Assembly: GCA_008690995.1 (NCBI GenBank)
Contig: VRMN01000002.1
Location: 186,001-250,000, forward strand
From: Porphyridium purpureum
Lineage: Eukaryota
Direction of reading: 5' to 3'
Length of the DNA stretch: 64,000 bases
Positions 51,588 through 62,453 of this stretch are shown here, in pieces (the first letter of the stretch is position 1; each line of letters begins with the position of its first letter). The notes under the pieces are model-generated. The model was given only the letters and a program-made list of their open reading frames with translations, made no database searches and was not told where the DNA came from. The translations under genes and the position numbers were made by a program.

Positions 51588-51624
51588 TGCGAGAATGCGA
51601 GAGTGCGAGAGTGCGAGAGTGCGA
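51588..51624. repeat. 8-bp tandem repeat (TGCGAGAG)x~4.5
   Basis: Seen directly in the divergent intergenic region. Confidence 0.8.
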
Positions 51625-51890
51625 TCACGCAGGTCTGTCAATACACGCACTCGCGCGCGCACACGCTACCGCACACACACACACACCGACGCGGCGACAA
51701 CCAGCCTGCACACTCCCGCTGACTGGGTCTCTCCTCTCCCGTCAACAGGCGCGCCACCGCGCCACTCGCCAACCGAGGTCCGAACAGGATGACCTTGGAA
51801 TGCGATCTGTATCTATTATATATGTCTGTTTTAATAGAAGAAAGGAGCTGAGTGTAATGCGGGTGGTGTTTCGGGTGGGACGCAGTGGCA

Positions 51891-51917
51891 GGAGAGAGAG
51901 AGAGAGAGAGAGAGAGA
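51891..51917. repeat. (GA)n microsatellite just upstream of a start codon
   Basis: About 13 GA units. Confidence 0.9.
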
Positions 51918-51928
51918 CGGGAGAGAAG

Positions 51929-53302
51929 ATGGAGCTGGTGGCTGGACACGATGCGGAGGCTGGAAACGGCGGAGGAGCGGCGGCGGACATGCGCGTGCCG
52001 GCGCACATGCGGAAGCGCTCGCGGCGGGCAGGCGCAGTGGGCTCGATCGGGTACCTGCGCTCGCTGTTCGTCATGCCGCGATGGCTGGCCGCGCTGACGG
52101 CGCTGCTGCTGCTGTGGGCAAGTCGCGTGCAGTACAAGCTGCAGTACTGCGAGGCTCAGGGCGAGGCCGCCAGCGCGCATCAGACCGCCATCGAGGAGCG
52201 CCGCTTCTTCTTCCTCCCCGATCTGGACGCCCACCACACCGTCATCACGCGCGACGAGATCGGCTCGTCCGTGGAGAATCCGCCTCTGAACTTTGCGGGC
52301 GATGCACGACTCCCGGGCTCAAGGAAGTCCGCCAATGCATCGTCTTTGCCTGCGGTGAAGGCTATCACGGCTGGCATGAAGCCACACAAACTGGACCCCG
52401 AAACGGGACTTGTGCATCGCGTCGATTTGGGCTGTGTGTGTGAACCCTCGCATCCGTCAAAGTGCGAGTGTGACTGGCTTCAGTGGATCTCGCTCAAAAT
52501 GGTCAATGCGCCGCCGCGTTCAATGAACGAAGTGCACGCAGAGCTGTTTGCCTCGCGGTGCGAAGGCGGAAAGCTAAAGTGCCAGTACATTCCCGCAGAC
52601 TGGCAGGTCTTTGTGGGGCTCTCTCAAGGCACTTATCGTCATTTCCAACGTCGGCGGCTCGAGTTTTGGTACATCGGTCCAGATGCCGATCGTGCTATTG
52701 TTACGTTGGCACGGCAGATGCCTGATCGCAACATGACCATGCAGTATTTCTTCACCAAACCTGATTCATCGACCAACAAGAACTCCGAAAAGAGCATGAA
52801 GGCCATGCAAGTCGCGAAGAAGGAATTGCTGGCAAAGCGGACGAAGAAAAATCTGAATGAGGTGCCAATTGAATTTGTCGATCCGGCTTCGGTGATCACG
52901 ATGATGCAGGATCCCGGGCGAATAGATTCGATCGCGTACCTAGGCTTGACTTTGCCGGGGCAAAGGCGCCAAGCCGAGCAACTTATGAATGCATCAATCG
53001 TCAACTTGCTTCCAGGTGCATATGTGGAGTTGTACAACCCCGTTAATTCCATCGCGTTCGATACAATGTTGAGTCTGATGCGGAGTACGCAGATCGATCC
53101 TACATCGCCTCCAAGTATCGTCATTTCCAGCTCTGGAAAGAAGACTGAGCCTCATGCCATGTTCATCGCACAAGCGCGACCTGGTTCCATCGTGCCCGCA
53201 AGAAAGAGCCATGTGCGTGCGACTTCCTCCAACTCGAGCACGAAACAAACTAGCATTCCGCCCAAGACCCTTGCAAGTCCCGGGAAAGGTGCGAAAAAAT
53301 AG
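51929..53302 (+). CDS. Hypothetical type II membrane protein (possibly Golgi/secretory)
   Basis: Single N-terminal TM (WLAALTALLLLW), Cys cluster, globular C-terminal region; no family recognised. Confidence 0.65.
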   Translation: MELVAGHDAEAGNGGGAAADMRVPAHMRKRSRRAGAVGSIGYLRSLFVMPRWLAALTALLLLWASRVQYKLQYCEAQGEAASAHQTAIEERRFFFLPDLDAHHTVITRDEIGSSVENPPLNFAGDARLPGSRKSANASSLPAVKAITAGMKPHKLDPETGLVHRVDLGCVCEPSHPSKCECDWLQWISLKMVNAPPRSMNEVHAELFASRCEGGKLKCQYIPADWQVFVGLSQGTYRHFQRRRLEFWYIGPDADRAIVTLARQMPDRNMTMQYFFTKPDSSTNKNSEKSMKAMQVAKKELLAKRTKKNLNEVPIEFVDPASVITMMQDPGRIDSIAYLGLTLPGQRRQAEQLMNASIVNLLPGAYVELYNPVNSIAFDTMLSLMRSTQIDPTSPPSIVISSSGKKTEPHAMFIAQARPGSIVPARKSHVRATSSNSSTKQTSIPPKTLASPGKGAKK

Positions 53303-53877
53303 GCGTGGCCTGAGGGTTGCAGAGCATGCTATTTATGTGGTTTGACGTGGTAAACCGGGCTGCGTGTACGGAATCATGGCTGGCTCAGCTATTCGTCTCG
53401 TTTCGCACGACCATGGAGGACCGCCGGTCATGAGGTGGATGTGTTGGAGCGAGATCGCACCCCCGCTGTTTCCACCTCGCGAGAAGACCTCCTTTCAACG
53501 AGGACTTTCTTCTTCTGTGTGACAAGAGCGGTAAGCTAGTGCGTCTGCCGCAACCCCTACTGAATTCATGCAGATGCTCACTCTTTTCCGTAATTGCAAT
53601 ACATGGTGAGGGTGCTGATTTTTATTCCTGTTGGCAGGATGATGCACAGAGCTGGCTGTATCTGGCTGACTGGACCCGTGTTGTAAAAGGCGTCCAGACA
53701 GAGAAGATATGCTTGCAGCTTTTGCGTTTGGCTACCTCCGGAAAGTCGCCAGCCAGACGCTCACGTATTCATTTTCATGGTCAAGTTTATCTGGCGGCTA
53801 GCTGCTCTGGACGAATGGCTCGGCGAAAAATTCAAGAACGGCTTTGTCTGGACGCACAGCTTCACGAATTAGAGACA

Positions 53878-55905
53878 TCATGGAATATTCTCCTTGTAGC
53901 TTCGAGCCACGCGATTGTGCGATACCTTTGGCGGAAGGAGCTGCGAGGACATGCGGCGCGAGGACACAACGCCATCGTTCCCAGCAGGCGTCTGTGTGGA
54001 TGTTGTCATTTCTGCATAGCCATTGCTCTTCGAAGAGTCCACGCCACTCGTTTTCACCATGGATAGCTGCCTGTGGCTCTGGTGACGCACATTTGCTGCG
54101 GAAGAGCCAGATATTGCCGCTGCTGACCCTGTTTGTGCGCTCACTCCGACGCTCGGTCTTCCTGATTTGGCTGCATTCTGAGAACTTGCCCCGCTGGGCG
54201 CGAGGCTCGTCCGTCGAGAAACGGGCACACTCGGTTGTTGGTATGGAGCTGTTGCCGAAGCTCCTACAGTGCTGGCGCGCCGTGTCGTCGTGCCCGCCAC
54301 TTCATTGCTCTTGCTTGTGGTGCGTGTTGAGACTCCTCTGCTGGCACTTGAATCCACGAGACTCTCTCTACGACTGGCGTTTCCACGAACTCTGGACGTG
54401 CTCGATCCTGAGGCAGCTCCTGCTGCCGCCGACGCCGCCGCGCTGATATGCTTGGAGTTCACAGGCATGCTAGACCAATCTGGAGCTTGGTCTGGAAGTA
54501 CTGATATGGATTTGCGACGCAGAAACTGGCGCTTCGTCGTCGGCGGTACTTCTTGGGTCAAGTCGTGCATCTGTACGTCTTCTGGCGAGGCGGAGCTCGT
54601 TCCATCCGCAAGCGAAGCGCGGTGAGCCTCCTCGACCTTCGCACCCTTGTCGATCTGCGGTGTTGCGCGGGATGGTGTCGCCAGCGCCGCCTTTGCATTG
54701 GAACCTGAAAATGGAGTACCACGCGCAGGCGTTACACCAATGCTCATCCGGCGAGACTCCAGGAGCATTCTGGACCCATTCAATGTTTGCTCGCGCTCGG
54801 CGCGTTCGCCCTCAGTGACCAGAGTGTACACGTTTTGCTTGTTCAAGCACAGATCTTTGTGCAGGGACAGCATCAGGGTATCCTCAAGTTCTGACTCATC
54901 GCCCTTGCCCTGCAACTCATGAATGGTTCGCTCTACCTCACGCGCACGATTCACCAGCTCTATGCCGCGTTTGCTTCGCAACCGAAACCGCGTGAGCGCC
55001 CCGAGAACTAGCGCGCGCAGTTTATCATGTGCCACTGGTTGCACGGGTGCGCTTCTCTTTGGGTATGCCAAAGGCGACACATTTTCCACGGTTTTTGGAC
55101 TATGATACGGAGCTGGCGACAATGTCGGAGAAATATTTGCTCGTGCAGGCAAGATCGAAGTCACCTCCCCTCTTCCGGCACGTTTGCGCTCCATTGAACC
55201 TGACTGTGGCGATGTGGTTTTTGCTCCGATGTCTCGTGATACCGCGTCTTTGACGGCACGCGGAGATTTCTGTACGGGCCTTGGATCCATGGAATGCTGC
55301 CGTGGCGGCGGCGGCGGATCCTCCTGCTTTGATTGGGCCCTACTCGGCGTCGCCTCGGGCGACTTGGCACGATGCTCTCTTTTCGGCAACCACGACTTGG
55401 CGACAGAGGCCGGAGAGTCTACCGGCAAAGTGTCCTCGGTATCGTCGAACAGCTTGGATGTACGAATAGCTCGGCGCTCGTTCTCCTTGTCGTACGTCTT
55501 TATCTCTGGCTCGGGCAGAACTGACCGAAATTTCGACGTGGCAGACTCGTTTCTAGGCGACAGCGATGAATAGAATGCGTCCAGTGTCGAGTACTTGATA
55601 AAGACGTGCCACGGATTCTCGGCGTCCGAATGTGCGCTATCCATTGTTTTCGCGCGCCAGTCCGCTGCAGCCTTGCCCACCGTGTTCGGAGTGGACGTCG
55701 CGCGACGCGCGCACTTTTCTATGGCACTCGCAGCGCTCTCGGATGCCACTGCGCGCAGCGACATCTGTCGCATGGGCGTCACCAGTGTGTGCGGATCCAC
55801 GTCTTCTTCAAACAGCCGCGCGGCGCCGGCGCGCGTGGCCACGGCGTGTTTCCGCTTGTACAAGTCGAGCTTGTCCTGCACCTCCTTGAGCGGCGTCGCC
55901 ATCAT
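53878..55905 (-). CDS. Hypothetical disordered/coiled-coil protein with KEN motifs and many S/T-P sites
   Basis: 675-aa ORF; DKENE and C-terminal YKENIP; central helical segment. Confidence 0.7.
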   Translation of the reverse strand: MMATPLKEVQDKLDLYKRKHAVATRAGAARLFEEDVDPHTLVTPMRQMSLRAVASESAASAIEKCARRATSTPNTVGKAAADWRAKTMDSAHSDAENPWHVFIKYSTLDAFYSSLSPRNESATSKFRSVLPEPEIKTYDKENERRAIRTSKLFDDTEDTLPVDSPASVAKSWLPKREHRAKSPEATPSRAQSKQEDPPPPPRQHSMDPRPVQKSPRAVKDAVSRDIGAKTTSPQSGSMERKRAGRGEVTSILPARANISPTLSPAPYHSPKTVENVSPLAYPKRSAPVQPVAHDKLRALVLGALTRFRLRSKRGIELVNRAREVERTIHELQGKGDESELEDTLMLSLHKDLCLNKQNVYTLVTEGERAEREQTLNGSRMLLESRRMSIGVTPARGTPFSGSNAKAALATPSRATPQIDKGAKVEEAHRASLADGTSSASPEDVQMHDLTQEVPPTTKRQFLRRKSISVLPDQAPDWSSMPVNSKHISAAASAAAGAASGSSTSRVRGNASRRESLVDSSASRGVSTRTTSKSNEVAGTTTRRASTVGASATAPYQQPSVPVSRRTSLAPSGASSQNAAKSGRPSVGVSAQTGSAAAISGSSAANVRHQSHRQLSMVKTSGVDSSKSNGYAEMTTSTQTPAGNDGVVSSRRMSSQLLPPKVSHNRVARSYKENIP

Positions 55906-56264
55906 TGCGCGACGGGGGCCAGAACCGCGCCCCGACAAGACTCTGCCTCACTTTGCCCGGCTAGCTGCCGCCACGAATGCGCCGTCTCGCCGTCTCACTA
56001 CCGTGGATACCGCAGCGCGTTCGTCTTCTGCTCTTCAGCAAGCCACACCACACCCTGCTCTGCGCACAAGCAGCCCGAGCACGCGTTGCAGAAAAAGTCC
56101 AAACATTTCAAATTTTTGAAAACCCGCAGTTAGGGTTTCTAGGGTTAATGATAAAATTAGGGTTAGTACAGTGCGGAGTACAGTTGGGTTGAAAGTCGGA
56201 GCGCGCGCGGCTGGGGGCGGGAAGGGTGGTGGGAGTGTGGGTGTGTGTGAGGGGGAAAGGGAAG

Positions 56265-56570
56265 ATGAAGTGGGGAGAGCAAGGCAGTGCGAGACATGCG
56301 CCGGTGCTGGACGCGCGCGCGCTGGCGCGGCTGTTCCCAAGGAGAATCGACCTGTCCACTGTGCTGCTGAGCATGTGCAGCAATCTGGCGTTTGTCGGCT
56401 GCGCGATGGGCACGTGGGAGCAGCTCGGTCATCTTGAGCATGTGTGGACAAATCTGCTCGTCATGGTCGTGTCGCTGGCCATCGGCACGCGCTACACAAT
56501 GCCGATTGTCTTTGCCCTGCTTCAAGTGCGCGGCTACGCCATTCCGGCTGAACTTCAGGACCTCATATGA
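56265..56570 (+). CDS. Small hypothetical membrane protein
   Basis: 101-aa ORF after a purine-rich leader like other genes here; two hydrophobic stretches. Confidence 0.45.
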   Translation: MKWGEQGSARHAPVLDARALARLFPRRIDLSTVLLSMCSNLAFVGCAMGTWEQLGHLEHVWTNLLVMVVSLAIGTRYTMPIVFALLQVRGYAIPAELQDLI

Positions 56571-56950
56571 GCATTGCGGCCAGAGGTTCCTTCGCGCGGT
56601 TCGGATGGGTGTTGCGTGTCGCTGACTTTGCTCGGTGCGAAATTGCCTCGTTGTTCGAAGGTCACGGGTTGCAGAGCTGAAAGTGTCAAAGACGCACGGT
56701 CAAAGAGAGCAAGCCGCGGGAAAGCAGTGAAATCCCTTTTCATTTGCATCGTCACGGGACCTCTGGTTCGTCATATGTCACGCAACGTGCGTTTCCTACA
56801 CAGATTGCTCAAAAGGGGCAACGGAAAGTTATGAAGAGACGCATGAGAAGATGCATTTACGCGTTCTCTTCTCCGGCATCATGAGACTGCGCCACGCTGG
56901 TTACTGCGCTGCGCGTCACCGAAAACGGATGCAGAAGTAGGAAGGGTAGC

Positions 56951-57853
56951 TCAGCCGACACCCGACCCAGGGCATGCAGATTTGGGTTTGAGCTGATGAG
57001 GTCCATTAGAGACACAAGGGTGGTTTCGGAGATAGAAACGGAGCGGCCAGTCTGGCGCCTGACTCACACCGACCCGTCCAGTTACGCAGACAAAGTCTTC
57101 GGGAACTCTATAGCCTTCCAGCAGCTGAAGAGATGCCGAATCGAAAGGATGACCGTCTAGCACGGACGTGATTCCCAGCGCTTGGCATAGTCGTCCCGGC
57201 CCGGAGCAGAGTGGGGTCCTGGTCCCTCGCCTCCGAGACATCGCCTCGATGCCAGTGGTGGGCTCGAGCGCCCTAATTAAAACAGCCGCCGGGAAGCCCT
57301 CCTCCCGACAGACTACGTTCAGACACCAATGAATGCCGTAGATGCGATACACGTACGAGGTCCCGGGCGGCCCGAACATCGAATTGTTCCGTTGGGTGCG
57401 GCCTATACGGGCCGCAGCATGAGAGGCGGGATCGTGAGGCCCAACATAAGCCTCTACTTCCACAATAAGGCCCTCAGTTGTTTCACCATCCACAGTGGAT
57501 CGCAAACGACAACCGAGAAGCGCTTTTGCCAGCTCTTCTCCATCGCGGAGGAAAAAGTCTTTGGGAAGGCAGTCCGAATCCCCGCGCCACCAGGACGAAT
57601 GCCATGCCCATGCAGCAGCACTGCCCATCTGACGAGGGCACTCCGATTCCCTGAAAACCCTCGGCCGCGCCGCGCTGTGCGTGGCACGCTTTGAAGAGAC
57701 CTGATCGGTGGCGGTCGGCCTGCACATAAAGCAGCTACCGCGCAGACCAGAGGCGGTGTGGCTGATTTCGCAGTTTAACCGTGCGCGCGGTCGGAGCCCG
57801 CGTGTCGTGTAAACGTGCTTCGCGGCGGGCAGAGAGTATACAAACGCGGTCAT
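56951..57853 (-). CDS. MPG: 3-methyladenine DNA glycosylase (MPG/AAG family) with MTAFV transit-like N-terminus
   Basis: LAKALLG, GLIVEVEAY, DPASH, MFGPPGTSYVYRIYG, AVLIRALEP, SGPGRLCQALGI, RVGV, PLRFY. Confidence 0.92.
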   Translation of the reverse strand: MTAFVYSLPAAKHVYTTRGLRPRARLNCEISHTASGLRGSCFMCRPTATDQVSSKRATHSAARPRVFRESECPRQMGSAAAWAWHSSWWRGDSDCLPKDFFLRDGEELAKALLGCRLRSTVDGETTEGLIVEVEAYVGPHDPASHAAARIGRTQRNNSMFGPPGTSYVYRIYGIHWCLNVVCREEGFPAAVLIRALEPTTGIEAMSRRRGTRTPLCSGPGRLCQALGITSVLDGHPFDSASLQLLEGYRVPEDFVCVTGRVGVSQAPDWPLRFYLRNHPCVSNGPHQLKPKSACPGSGVG

Positions 57854-59307
57854 GGGGCAACTAGGAACTGGTGCATGTACGTGCTCTTGACATCGGCTGA
57901 ATTATGTGGATTTTAAGTCCACGAAGAGGCGCGTTGAGCCGGAAAATGCGCTCAAGACGCAGAGAATTGTTGCTTTGTTGCGAAATATCGAGCGCGCCTC
58001 GATGTAAACCGTGGCTTTTTCGAGCGCGTTTGCCTTGTCGGAAATGCGTGCAAAGTCCATCACGCTTTAGAGCAGGAGCGCACCAAACTCGCGCGGATAT
58101 CGCCTGCAGTGGCAGGTGGCTGCATGAAGCGCGTCCTCACATTGTCGATGCTTCCTGCTGAGCAGCGACCGTGCGGGCAAGAGCTCATATGAATCTAAAT
58201 CGGACCGCAGCAGCAGCCCCAGTGGATCCGTCGTCCTCAGCAGAATCCGTCCGTATTGTCACTACTTGAGGAGCTCAGCGACGATTCGTGCGTGATGGGC
58301 AGTAGCCCGTGGCTCCAACCAACGTCTGGGTGTGTCTTTGGGTCACGGCTGTAGGACGCGCAGGCCGACGCCAGCGCGCGTGAAAGAAAGCATTCACGAA
58401 ATTTTGACGCCGCCATCATGTTTCGCGACCCAATTGTGGTGCTTCCGGGCGGTACGTGCATTGAGGAGAATCGCAGCTGCAGTTCATCCAATGGCGAGCC
58501 CATCAAGCAAGACGAGTAACTTGTGCAATACTTGCATGCCAAGCAACCTACCATTCAGTGCGCTTCACCCACCAAGGATCCGCAGCTGCTTTTGTGACAG
58601 GATGCCACTGTTTGCACTACTACACATGCAACTGCCGATCCAGCGATGGCAGCCAGGAGGACGTGCGCTCGACGTCGGACACGGTAGCAGCTGCCCTGTG
58701 GCGTGCATGCCTCACATGCTTGGTAATCAAGGAAAGACAACAGAGATTGGAAATATTTCTGAATAGACCCAAACAAGAAGTGAGAAGATCCGCGGCGGTC
58801 ATGTGGAGACATTGGAGCTTTCAGCGCGCAATTCGGACCAAAGGCGATGGACGCCGAGGCTTCCTCGAACACGCGCCGCCTGACGCCCTTCATGCAGGCG
58901 CTGGATCGTTCTCACTTTCGGTACTGTTCACCAATCAGCTTGCTATCAATGACCGCATTATCCTTCTCGTTGGAGGAGGTCCATTTCACCCGGATTCGGC
59001 GCCGATGGACAAGATTGCGGACGGCTTTTCTGAAACCGAATCCGTGATGGCGTCATCTGTGAGTCTCCTGATGAACGAGACGACTGTCGGCCCGCTCAGA
59101 GGCAACGACACCGTTCAGTGCCACGTTCGCGGGCACCAGGCTTGACACACTTGGCACGTCATCGATATTCCACAGAATGCTGTTTTATACTTTAAGGTCA
59201 GAAGAAACAAATTCCTAAGCAGCTAATTGGTCCGGGCCAAGGCACGTCTTCTGGATACAAACCTTGGTACCGGTGGGATCAATGTCTCGCTCGCCACACT
59301 CGGTGAC

Positions 59308-61038
59308 TTACTGCTTGGTCCTGAAAATCTGGCCAATGTCATCGTTGGCCTTGGCCACCACACCCATGTCTCGCAGCTTTCCATCACCCACGCCGTACAC
59401 AACACCTTGCACTTCGAGCTCTTGTCCAGCGTCCCATGCGTCCTGCACAATGCTGGTCGCGCACACGTTGTGCATCTGCTCCAACACGTTGATTTCGATC
59501 AATCGGTTCAGCGAATCCTTCGGGTCCGTGATGCGCGACAGCTCGGCCTGGTTATGGCGACGGACATCGCGGATGTGGCGCAGCCAGTTGTCGATCAGGC
59601 CCAGACGCGAGTCGCCGAGAGCGGCGGCGCAGCCACCGCAAGCGTAGTGACCGCACACGACGACCCTCTTAACCTTGAGGTATTGCACGGCGTACTGCAG
59701 CACGGACAGGAATGACATGTCCGAGTGAATGCACTGGTTGGCAATGTTGCGGTGCACGAACACCTCGCCCGCCGGCAGGTTGATGATCTGGTTGGCTGGC
59801 ACACGCGAGTCGGCGCAGCCAATCCACAGAATCTCGGGGGTTTGAGTGTGCGCAAGGTTGCTGAAGAACTGTGGATCCTGCTTGAGCATCTTCTGGCGCC
59901 AGTTCTCATTGTTAACGAACACGCGGTTGGCGCCCTCCTTCAGCTTGCCTGGCGTCTGCTGAACTAGCTCTGCCGTGAGCTTTTCCATCGTAGAGTCAAG
60001 CTCGGACTCGCCGCCCTTCGTGACCTGCACAAGCGGGGCATTTGGGTTGCCCGCCTTGAGCGCACCACTGTCCGACTTGGTGCGGTAGAACTTTGAAATA
60101 TCGTCGCTCGAGTTGACAACCACACCCAGGTCACGAAGCTTGCCGTCACCGACGCCGTAGACCACACCCTGCACCGTCAGCTCCTGTCCGGCGTCCCATG
60201 CGTCCTGCACAATGCTCGTGGCGCACACGTTGTGCACCTGCTCAAGCACGTTCAGCTCGATGAGACGGTTGAGCTCCTCGTCACCGTCCTTGCACTTGTC
60301 GAGGTACTTGGCGTTCATGCGGCGCACGTCGCGAATGTGACGCAGCCAGTTGTCAATGAGGCCGAGGCGCGAGTCGCCGAGCGCCGCCTTGGCGCCTCCG
60401 CAGCCATAGTGGCCGCAAACCAGAATGTGCTTGACCTTGAGGTACTGAACCGCGTACTGCAGCACAGACAGGAAGGAAATGTCCGAGTGGATGCACTGGT
60501 TGGCAATGTTGCGGTGCACGAACACCTCACCCGCCGGCAAGTCCAGCAGCTGGTTTGCCGGCACGCGCGAGTCAGCGCATCCGATCCACAGGTATTCGGG
60601 GCTCTGGCCATTGGCCAGACGGTTGAAGAACTCTGGGTCCTGCTTGAGCATCTCCTGGCGCCACGCCTCGTTATTCGCAAAGATGTTGGACTTGCCCGGC
60701 ATAGCCTGGCCGGCTGGCTGCGCCACCAGCTTGGCCTCGAGCTCGATAAACTTCTTCTCAAGGTCCGACATGACACCCATGCCTGCCGCGAGCTTGACCA
60801 GCGTCGCGTCCTGCGCCACGGCTGGCTTTTCCGCCGTCGGCTTGGAAACCGGTGCTGCTGCGGCCGGAGCTGCCCTTGCCGGAGCTGCCCTTGCCGGAGC
60901 GGCCCTTGCTGGAGCGGCAGAGGACGACGCGGCTGGGGCCGCAGTCGCAGCCGCGGTCGCCTTTGGCTTGCCATCCTTGCTCTTTCCGCGGCTCAATGCG
61001 CGCTCAAAGCCCGCTCCTCCATTGTAAATCTGAACCAT
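59308..61038 (-). CDS. Beta-carbonic anhydrase with two tandem catalytic domains (Porphyridium type)
   Basis: Two copies of WIGCADSRVP, HRNIAN and CGHYxCGG; Ala/Pro-rich N-terminal linker; likely start MVQIY at 61038. Confidence 0.96.
   Translation of the reverse strand: MVQIYNGGAGFERALSRGKSKDGKPKATAAATAAPAASSSAAPARAAPARAAPARAAPAAAAPVSKPTAEKPAVAQDATLVKLAAGMGVMSDLEKKFIELEAKLVAQPAGQAMPGKSNIFANNEAWRQEMLKQDPEFFNRLANGQSPEYLWIGCADSRVPANQLLDLPAGEVFVHRNIANQCIHSDISFLSVLQYAVQYLKVKHILVCGHYGCGGAKAALGDSRLGLIDNWLRHIRDVRRMNAKYLDKCKDGDEELNRLIELNVLEQVHNVCATSIVQDAWDAGQELTVQGVVYGVGDGKLRDLGVVVNSSDDISKFYRTKSDSGALKAGNPNAPLVQVTKGGESELDSTMEKLTAELVQQTPGKLKEGANRVFVNNENWRQKMLKQDPQFFSNLAHTQTPEILWIGCADSRVPANQIINLPAGEVFVHRNIANQCIHSDMSFLSVLQYAVQYLKVKRVVVCGHYACGGCAAALGDSRLGLIDNWLRHIRDVRRHNQAELSRITDPKDSLNRLIEINVLEQMHNVCATSIVQDAWDAGQELEVQGVVYGVGDGKLRDMGVVAKANDDIGQIFRTKQ
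60863..60918. repeat. 15-bp coding tandem repeat (AAPAR-like x3-4) in the beta-CA N-terminus
   Basis: GCCGGAGCTGCCCTT units. Confidence 0.85.
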
Positions 61039-61192
61039 GGTGACGATTGCAGTGGCAAGCACGACACGCCTCTCCCTCTCCTTCCTCTCCTGCAAGATCC
61101 TCTCCTGCAAGATCCTCTCCTGCACCAGTCTTTTCCACCACTTCTTCCTGCCTGAGGCGTGAAAGGAAGGGGAAGCGGCAAGTTGTCGCAGC

Positions 61193-61200
61193 CTATTTAT
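61193..61200 (-). promoter_or_regulatory. TATA-like box (ATAAATAG) upstream of beta-CA
   Basis: AT-rich octamer about 155 nt upstream of the ATG in GC-rich context. Confidence 0.45.
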
Positions 61201-61778
61201 GCCCCGCGCCAACATCCCCTACCATGCGCGAGCCACATGCTGCGCACCACGAAACCGGCATGTCCGAACAGGCCGAAAGCGCACAGATTGGGGGGCGAGC
61301 CAGTTCGATCCATTTTGGACCATTCCGAGGAGATTGTGATCACATGCGCAAAACGCCAAAAGCATCGCGATGGTTCCAGTCAACTTGCATTTTGCGCTCC
61401 ACGATTCATGCGGCTTCACCCTCGCTCCCAGTCTCACTCTCAAACTCACAAACACAACACCGTCATGTCCGGCAACACCCCGAAAAACGCTCACCACGTA
61501 CCAAAGGAAAGACAAAAGCCCCATACGAGAAAAACGAAGGAGGACGTCGATACAAACCGAGCAGGACACATACACACACACCCACACAAAAGCCACGTGC
61601 AAAATGCACCGCGCTTAATTCAGTGACACTTCAGTGGCGGCTGTGTCCATCGCCTGATGGACACAGAACAACACCAACACCCAACCCACATGCGTTTAGA
61701 ATATCACACCACGAACCACGCACCACGCAGCCGCAACCGCAGGCACGGCAATGCCGCGTCGCGAGGGTGGTTGCGGTC

Positions 61779-61803
61779 CACACACACACACACACACACA
61801 CAC
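61779..61803. repeat. (CA)n microsatellite in the CA-FNT intergenic region
   Basis: About 12 CA units. Confidence 0.9.
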
Positions 61804-62453
61804 GCGTCGTGCGCTCGTGCGCCCCCCAAAACCTGCTGCGACAACGCCACAACACTCGTGTGCGTGGCTGCGCCGGTTGCCCGAGTTGCCCCAATGTGCT
61901 GACGCACGCAGCTGGCGGTGCGTTTATAGTGAAACACACCCGTTTTAGTAGAAGGCTGCGCGTAACGGCAGCCCAATCTCGCCGCGCACGCAACAAAATC
62001 CGGCGCGGAGATTGACGGCGCGAGCTGGGGCAGCTGGGTTTCGTGCAGCGCGAATTAAGTGGGTGGAGCTGCCGCTTGCTAGAAGCGCCTTGTTCTACGT
62101 GCATCTGTGCCTTTGTGCCTCTGTGCCTCTGTGTGTGTGTGTCTCTCTCTCTCTCTCTCCCGGGCAGCAGCAGGCGCGGGAGGAACAGCGCATGTGGCGT
62201 TTTGGGTCGATTGTCTGGTGCGCCTGCAGAGACGTTTCAGGACGGTGGTGTTGAACAGGCGCACAGAAGCTTGCGATTGATGCTTGCTGCTCCATTCACT
62301 TCAGGCTACGAGGTGAGGGTATATAGACAGAGTCTCGAGTCTGATTAACCTTGAAGCGGCAGGTGAGGGTGCCAAGGTCAAGGAGCATAGTTGGTACACA
62401 GGCAGAGACCAAAAGGGACAGGGCTTCGGTTTGACAAGAAGGAACAAGGAAAA

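Noticed and set aside
58190..59145. Broken plus-strand ORFs between MPG and beta-CA
   Set aside because: Multiple stops and no recognisable domain; possibly a relic but unsupported.
61039..61215. Upstream in-frame extension of beta-CA (MLARG..QERIL repeats)
   Set aside because: It overlaps the TATA-like box and leader repeats; MVQIY at 61038 is the more plausible start.
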